Assembly: GCA_021298555.1 (NCBI GenBank)
Contig: JAJTGE010000024.1
Location: 1,552-65,551, forward strand
Direction: 5' to 3'
Source of the DNA: Oxalobacteraceae bacterium
Lineage (GTDB): Bacteria; Pseudomonadota; Gammaproteobacteria; Burkholderiales; Burkholderiaceae_D
Length of the DNA: 64,000 nucleotides
Shown here: one piece after another, positions 58,460-64,000 of the stretch
Position numbering within the stretch: position 1 is the stretch's first letter
How the letters are laid out: each line of letters begins with the position of its first letter
The notes under the pieces: model-generated
Databases searched by the model: none
What the model was told of the DNA's origin: nothing
Seen by the model: the letters and a program-made list of their open reading frames with translations, nothing else
Made by a program: the position numbers and the translations under genes

Positions 58460-59227
58460 TTATCCAAAACTCAGAACGTCACCAGGCTTTGGGAATATGA
58501 GGTCTCTTGAGGGTAATTGCATTCTCAACTCGGCCTCTATCGCATCTTCTAAACCGGGTTTGCGATGAACTATGACGACCGTTATCTCTTTGGGTAGTTC
58601 AGCTACTCTGGCGACAATACTTGGCACATCCATGTGCATGGATACTTGCGCTATGTTCGTCAGCGCAGACGGATAAGAGCATTCAACAACGACGGCTTTC
58701 AACGTGCTGCTTTGTTTCATAGCCTCCCAAAAAGAGGGGCAATCCTCAGTGTCTCCAGAAAAGGCTAGAGCGACCCCTTCGTTCTCAACTAGGTAGCCAC
58801 AGGCTGGAATTCCATGGCGTGCGGACAGCGGTGTAAAAAACATTCCTCCAATAGCCGTTCTTTGGCTGATGGCATTGAGTGTCATAAATGGCGAATCTGG
58901 CGAAGGAATTTTCCTGAAATCGGGCCATACTTTTTCATTAAAAATATGTGTGGACAGGATGTCGATAACTTCGGGTAGCGTCCATACTTGAACGGGTGAT
59001 TCGCGCTGTGCTGTTACTGAATCAATTAACAGTGGCAGACAGGCGATGTGGTCCATATGCGCGTGGGTCAGCACCACGTGATCGATCGCAGCTAATTCAG
59101 GCAAATCGAGAATAGTGAGCCCTGTACCAGCATCAATAATGGTGGACTCTTGGAGTAAATAGCTGGTGGTCTGCCTGTCCTTACCCCCGATGCCTCCATT
59201 GCATCCGAGTAGTCTGAGTGAAATCAA
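58460..59227 (-). CDS. MBL-fold class II cyclic-nucleotide phosphodiesterase-like protein
   Basis: LGC.GGIGG, IDAGTG, THAHMDH, HIFN..VWPDF..IP, FSGDT, VECSY. Confidence 0.85.
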   Translation of the reverse strand: MISLRLLGCNGGIGGKDRQTTSYLLQESTIIDAGTGLTILDLPELAAIDHVVLTHAHMDHIACLPLLIDSVTAQRESPVQVWTLPEVIDILSTHIFNEKVWPDFRKIPSPDSPFMTLNAISQRTAIGGMFFTPLSARHGIPACGYLVENEGVALAFSGDTEDCPSFWEAMKQSSTLKAVVVECSYPSALTNIAQVSMHMDVPSIVARVAELPKEITVVIVHRKPGLEDAIEAELRMQLPSRDLIFPKPGDVLSFG

Positions 59228-59413
59228 GCGCTGGGCTCCTGAGATTTTTATTCTGCCAATGTTTCTCTATTGTAATGCCACTCTCGATAATGCGGTTCGC
59301 CAAACTTAATTACTCTCTGCATTAGGGTTCACTCAGACATAACCCAATACATGGCAGGTGCTGTGGGCGCTTGGTTATGGCAACAACGTCGTCAGCAGAC
59401 AAATCTTAAATAG

Positions 59414-59487
59414 AAGCCCTGCTGTAGATAGCTCTGCTCTGGGATGTCTTGAGCAGAAGCCCTGACTTATTATCTACAGCAGAGCTC
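59414..59487. other. Long nested stem-loop in intergenic DNA
   Basis: Outer CTGCTGTAGATA/TATCTACAGCAG; inner TCTGCTC/GAGCAGA. Confidence 0.6.
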
Positions 59488-59597
59488 CAGAACAGGTAGT
59501 AATGATTTACCGGCTTGTCAGCCTTAAGATCATTGCAGCTGTAAATTAGAAGGCGCCAAAGCAGGTTGGGCCCATGACAACAATCTCAGCCATTTTT

Positions 59598-60122
59598 CTA
59601 CTTTGATGCTGGCTGCGGTGATGACAAAGGTGGTGGAGGTATCGGTGTACTTGATGACGGTGCTTTGGGAGCCGATCTATGTTCGGGTGAGAACATACCT
59701 GCGGGCACTGGCACCCGGTGTCCTGCGCCATACATGCATTGAATATACGCATGGTCATACATCGTTTGACTACTGCTGCGTTCATACCGTCCGGATTCTG
59801 ACCCCGCAACACTACCAAACAGCAAGCCTGTGCCCGCACCGACAGCAGCGCTATCACGCCCCCCGATGGCAGCCCCCGCTGCTGCACCGATGGCGGTTCC
59901 GATGGTTGCGCTGCTGATGGCGGATTCTTGCAATGTCTTGCCGGGGGATTTGCCTCCTAATTGCCGCAAAGCATAATCACGGCAGTAAACATCGTCGCGA
60001 GAAAATTCATCAAAAGTTTTACTCGATCCCTGCAATACCAATACGCTGGGGCCAACTGGTGCTGTCGCGCAGGAGACCAAGAAAAATAGCGAGCACAGAG
60101 CAACGATGGTTTTCATTTTCAT
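59598..60122 (-). CDS. Glycine-zipper lipoprotein
   Basis: Lipobox LVSC; C..YA; GTAIGAAAGAAIGG...GAGTGLL.G; YD..Y.QCM...G; Pro-rich tail; ATGA overlap with upstream gene. Confidence 0.85.
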   Translation of the reverse strand: MKMKTIVALCSLFFLVSCATAPVGPSVLVLQGSSKTFDEFSRDDVYCRDYALRQLGGKSPGKTLQESAISSATIGTAIGAAAGAAIGGRDSAAVGAGTGLLFGSVAGSESGRYERSSSQTMYDHAYIQCMYGAGHRVPVPAGMFSPEHRSAPKAPSSSTPIPPPPLSSPQPASK

Positions 60123-60475
60123 CGACTCTGTATTGAAGGAGGCACAGGGGATACAAGTTGCCAGGGTTCTGGGCAACTCTTGGTGTAGGGGTAGTATGTT
60201 TTAGACGATGCGCAGTAATACCAATCCCCGACAGCTTGAGGTGCGTTGGGTGTAACTTGCTGCGGAATTTGCTCAATGTATACCGGTGCTTGCTGTTGAA
60301 TGATAACGGGCTGTGATGGGTAATAAACAGGAGGCGGGAAATAATAGGGCGGTGGATAATAAAAACCATGCCCAAAATAGACACCCACACCAACACGCCC
60401 CTGATGTGCCATAGCTGTACCCGGTATAAAAAACCAGATAAAAACAAACGATAGTAGGCAGTTAATTTTCTTCAT
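60119..60475 (-). CDS. Proline/tyrosine-rich exported protein
   Basis: Signal peptide; YYPPPYY; WYYC.....YYPY...C...W..V.P. Confidence 0.8.
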   Translation of the reverse strand: MKKINCLLSFVFIWFFIPGTAMAHQGRVGVGVYFGHGFYYPPPYYFPPPVYYPSQPVIIQQQAPVYIEQIPQQVTPNAPQAVGDWYYCASSKTYYPYTKSCPEPWQLVSPVPPSIQSR

Positions 60476-60935
60476 GGTGTTTCCAGAGCGCGTCAACCGT
60501 TCGACCGCGATTCAGGGCAAAAGTTGAAGCTCAGCCAAAATTGGACAGGATCTCTTAACGATATTGCGCAACAGATGACATAGAGCGAGATTCATTTTGC
60601 GTAAAAATAGACCACCAGCCTCGCCAATTAAACGCACGTTTGATCCATATCTAGCATTAGGGACAGGTCGAGTTGTTCAGTCAGGCGGTAGGGTTGCTTC
60701 GATTTTGGGTTTGTGGAAATTCCAGCAGGCAGAACTAGGCAATCTGGCGCAATAGCGCTGGCGTGAATCTTTTGCACGTGGGGAAGGGCGTTTGCTTGTA
60801 ATCTAGTTTTAGCTGCAGCAGCTGGTCCCGCAAGCGGCACTAATAACAGGTAGTGAAATCGGTACCCGGTCGCTGCAGTCTGTTTGTGCTAGCCTTCTTT
60901 AGTTTTTGACTGAGCGGAATAATTCAGGAGGATGA

Positions 60936-61247
60936 ATGGAGCCTAAGGAAATGGCGCGCTTAATGGGTGGTTTTGCTACCGAAAAGCGGGTTCGCATACT
61001 TTCGGCACTGATGTTAGCTGGCGAAGAAGGCATCAGCATACTGGAATTGGCTAAGCTGACTGACTCCACTGTGGGAGATATAGGCATGTCACTCGAATCA
61101 TTAGCGACTTTAGATATGATAAATATTTCTATTATTAATAATGAACGCGTATTGGTTGCAAACCGAAAAGTACTAAACGCGATATTCGGGGAATTCTACG
61201 AACATTACGTGGTCGGTAGGGGAGATAGTTCTGTATCGACCGATTAA
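60936..61247 (+). CDS. ArsR-like winged-helix protein lacking Cys
   Basis: AGGAGG RBS; A.EKRVRIL..L..AG.EG....ELA; no metal-binding Cys. Confidence 0.65.
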   Translation: MEPKEMARLMGGFATEKRVRILSALMLAGEEGISILELAKLTDSTVGDIGMSLESLATLDMINISIINNERVLVANRKVLNAIFGEFYEHYVVGRGDSSVSTD

Positions 61248-61254
61248 TACGGCA

Positions 61255-61617
61255 TCAATCGCACGCCTGACTGGCCAACAAATATTTCAGATCAATATAT
61301 TTGAGTGCATTGATATGCGTACATTCCAAAATCACCGTGGGTGCAACGCCTGCATCAAAAGCTTCTTTCCAACGCAATGCGCAGAGGCACCAGCGGTTGC
61401 CTGGCACGAGTCCGGGAAAACGAAATTCTGGTCGCGGGGTAGAAAGGTCATTGCCCCGCTGTTTAGAAAACAGCAAAAACTCGTCCGTCATTTCTGCGCA
61501 GACGACATGGGACCCGCTATCTGTTTCATCCGTATGGCAGCAGCCATCGCGGAAGTAACCTGTCATCGGATCCGTAGAGCAGGGTTTCAAGGGTGTTCCA
61601 ATAACATTGATAGTCAT
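61255..61617 (-). CDS. DUF2237 family protein
   Basis: NV.G..L..CS.DP.TG.FRDG.C, GNDLSTP.P, WCLCA.RW.EA. Confidence 0.92.
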   Translation of the reverse strand: MTINVIGTPLKPCSTDPMTGYFRDGCCHTDETDSGSHVVCAEMTDEFLLFSKQRGNDLSTPRPEFRFPGLVPGNRWCLCALRWKEAFDAGVAPTVILECTHINALKYIDLKYLLASQACD

Positions 61618-61634
61618 AGCGAGGTCTTTTTTTC

Positions 61635-62507
61635 GTGAGGGCTCTAAAGCGATTGTTGCATGGGTTTGTGCTTGCCATGGTCATTACTGGTTGCAGCACA
61701 GTGCGTATTGGTTACGATCAGGCTGATCATCTGGGATATTGGTGGATTGATCGTTACCTGGATCTCAGTTCGGAAAAATCAGTTCAGTTTAAAGCGGATT
61801 TGAAAGCTTTGCACACGTGGCACAGGCAAACTCAGTTACCGGAGTATGCACGCGTAACCAGCGCACTTGCAAGTCGTATGGGGAGCGATATACCAGCGGC
61901 TGAGGTGTGTGAGGACATCCTGGCCTTGCGTGAAAAAATTGATATCTTGATGCGACAGACTTTGCCTATTTGGATCAGGCTATCTCAGCAGCTAGGTCCT
62001 GAAGAAATACGCTATCTGAAAAAAAAGTTTGCAAAAGAAGATAAAGAGTGGCGTTCGAAATGGTTGGATACGTCGACTGAAAAAATTCAACGGCTGCGCT
62101 CTGACGAATGGATAGACAGAGCAGAATCTTTTTATGGGCGTCTAAGCGAAGAGCAACGACGATTTATCCAGCAGGCAGTCAGCCGCTCGTCATGGGATGC
62201 GCGCATTACTTGGGAGCGGCGCCAGCAACGTCAGCAACGAATTATCGCCACACTGGAAAAAATTATGCAGCAGCGTTTGAGTCAGTCAGAGGCCGAAGCA
62301 GAGTTAAAGATAATCATCGACCAAATATTTACGCCAGAGGACCCGAAACAAGCCGACATGCAGCGCAAGCTGATCGATGAGGCCTGTGTGAACCTTTCTG
62401 GCTTACATCAATTAACTCGTCCAGATCAACGTTTTTTAGCGAGTGAAAAATTCATTAGTTATAGCAATGATTTTCGTCATCTTGCGCGTAATCGCCTAAC
62501 CAACTAA
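61635..62507 (+). CDS. Lipoprotein (DUF6279-like)
   Basis: Lipobox ITGC; Y...D....WW.D.Y.DL; WHR..QLP.Y; FYG.L..EQ. Confidence 0.8.
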   Translation: MRALKRLLHGFVLAMVITGCSTVRIGYDQADHLGYWWIDRYLDLSSEKSVQFKADLKALHTWHRQTQLPEYARVTSALASRMGSDIPAAEVCEDILALREKIDILMRQTLPIWIRLSQQLGPEEIRYLKKKFAKEDKEWRSKWLDTSTEKIQRLRSDEWIDRAESFYGRLSEEQRRFIQQAVSRSSWDARITWERRQQRQQRIIATLEKIMQQRLSQSEAEAELKIIIDQIFTPEDPKQADMQRKLIDEACVNLSGLHQLTRPDQRFLASEKFISYSNDFRHLARNRLTN

Positions 62508-62512
62508 CGTTG

Positions 62513-62543
62513 TTCACCAGACCAGATTATCTGGCCTGGTGAA
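62513..62543. terminator. Hairpin between convergent genes
   Basis: TTCACCAGACCAG-attat-CTGGCCTGGTGAA. Confidence 0.6.
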
Positions 62544-62557
62544 GTAAGTTGTATAGA

Positions 62558-64000
62558 TCAGGTTTTATAGCTAAAGCCATGATGTTTAAGCGGTAGCGAA
62601 CGTATGCGTTTTCCGGTAGCGCTAAACAACGCATTCATCATCGCAGGAATCACACCACCTATAGGTGGCTCGCCCACACCGCCCCAGAAGCCACCGCTAG
62701 GCACCAATACACTCAGTACTTGCGGAGCATGATTAATGCGCGCCAAAGGATAGTCACCAAAATTACTTTGTTGAACAGCCCCTTTTTCTATGGTGATATC
62801 TTCAAACATCAAGGCGGATAATCCCCAGATCACTCCACCCTCTATCTGGGCCTTTACAGCATCAGGATGAACCACATGGCCGCAGTCAATCGCGACAGCT
62901 ACGCGCTTGATGTGAATTACATTACCTTTGCTAACAGAGAGTTCAACGGCCGCAGCAGTAAAGCTGCCATACGAATCAACGACTGCGATGCCACGATGTA
63001 CACCTTTGCGAGCAGGTTTATCCCAATCAATAGCCTTGGCCGCTGCGTCCAACACGGCCTGATCTTTTTTTCCTTCTAGCAGAGGACGGCGAAATTGATA
63101 CGGATCTTTACCCGCTGCATGCGCTAGTTCATCGATAAAACATTCACGATAAAAAGGGTTGTTGGTGTGTGCTACAGCGCGCCAAAAACCTGGGGGTACG
63201 TGAAAATCTTTTAATACATACTCATTGGTGAAGTTAGGTACAGCATAGGGATTATCACGAAACACGCGCGTGTTAATTTGATCTATGCCGTCTTTAACAA
63301 ATTGTGGAAACACGGTCGCTGCAATCGATTGATCTGATTGTCTGACTTCCCAACCTAACCAATTACCGTCTTTGTCTAATCCTCCGCGCAGTTTGACTAA
63401 CGATACCGGACGATAGCGGCCTTGACGTATATCTTCTTCGCGCGACCATTGCAGTTTTATGGGCGTGCCCGGTACAGCCATGGCAATTTTTACTGCTTGT
63501 TTGGTGTAATCCTGATGAGGGCCGCGACGTCCAAATGCGCCACCTGCATGCATTTTGTGAATTTGAACTTTATCTAACGGCAGCCCCGATACTTCAGCGG
63601 CAGCGGCTATGGATGATTCACCATTTTGTGTTCCTACCCACACTTCAAGATAGTCTGGATTAAACAGCGCTGTGGCTGTTTGCGGTTCCATCGTGGCGTG
63701 ATTCACAAAACCGGTGTGGTACTCAGCTTCGAGTACTTTATGTGCTTGGGCCAGAGCGGTGGTTGAATCACCGTCTTTGCGTGCTAGGGGTGCATTGGTA
63801 AGAGCAATGCCTTCGCGTAGCTTTTCCATAATGCTGGCACTGGAGACGTCGCCCTTGCTGCCGTTTTCCCAATCGATACGTAATGTTTTAACTGCTTGAT
63901 TAGCCTGCCACCAGTTTGTGGCCACCACGGCAACCCACTCCTCAGTGGCGACGATGTGTTTAACACCTGGCATAGACTTGGCCTTGGCATCATCGACACG
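62558..64000 (-). CDS. Xanthine dehydrogenase family molybdopterin-binding subunit (IorB-like), 5' end outside window
   Basis: HATMEP, GGAFGRR, WSREED, WRAV, AQIEGG, GG.GEP, NALF.ATGKRIR.LP; frame open to window end. Confidence 0.92.
   Translation of the reverse strand, partial: RVDDAKAKSMPGVKHIVATEEWVAVVATNWWQANQAVKTLRIDWENGSKGDVSSASIMEKLREGIALTNAPLARKDGDSTTALAQAHKVLEAEYHTGFVNHATMEPQTATALFNPDYLEVWVGTQNGESSIAAAAEVSGLPLDKVQIHKMHAGGAFGRRGPHQDYTKQAVKIAMAVPGTPIKLQWSREEDIRQGRYRPVSLVKLRGGLDKDGNWLGWEVRQSDQSIAATVFPQFVKDGIDQINTRVFRDNPYAVPNFTNEYVLKDFHVPPGFWRAVAHTNNPFYRECFIDELAHAAGKDPYQFRRPLLEGKKDQAVLDAAAKAIDWDKPARKGVHRGIAVVDSYGSFTAAAVELSVSKGNVIHIKRVAVAIDCGHVVHPDAVKAQIEGGVIWGLSALMFEDITIEKGAVQQSNFGDYPLARINHAPQVLSVLVPSGGFWGGVGEPPIGGVIPAMMNALFSATGKRIRSLPLKHHGFSYKT

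Noticed and set aside
58269-58568. 99-aa plus-strand ORF (and the similar 60628-60840 minus ORF)
   Set aside because: No RBS or motifs; the first overlaps the phosphodiesterase antisense
744-63999. Many short antisense or alternate-frame ORFs inside long genes
   Set aside because: Shadow ORFs of well-supported genes with no independent evidence

Overview
A 64-kb segment of a betaproteobacterial chromosome; gene order and protein sequences suggest Burkholderiales, probably Oxalobacteraceae-like (inference). It has three parts. (1) 1-25.3 kb is accessory and visibly AT-richer at about 3-8.7 kb and 16.8-21 kb. It holds a di-heme DHOR-family protein, an orphan arsH, and an atypical PQQ dehydrogenase / CX3CH cytochrome / XoxJ-like binding-protein module behind a candidate sigma54 promoter. 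It also has a LIV-type ABC transporter with a class II aldolase and two GMC oxidoreductases, a 7TM sensor kinase/regulator pair, a split TPR-GT41 glycosyltransferase and a Sel1-repeat protein. (2) 25.4-54.9 kb is mostly core: acyl-CoA dehydrogenases, GSTs, yaaA, bamD-rluD-pgeF, phaC-phaR, rimO, metC, serB, mfd, ispDF, rubrerythrin/Fe-S/DUF3501, an ompR/envZ-type pair and tRNA-Arg(ACG). (3) After the tRNA come an integrase remnant, a wHTH gene, ndh, a stand-alone infA, a class II cyclic-nucleotide phosphodiesterase, small exported proteins and a partial molybdoenzyme large subunit. Two patterns are not explained by the ORF track. Five genes carry abrupt internal deletions (possibly collapsed assembly gaps). 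A 135-150 bp YTAG-flanked MITE-like repeat occurs in three copies between convergent genes and supplies two stop codons. No CRISPR array or rRNA was seen. All calls come from reading motifs by eye, with no database searches.
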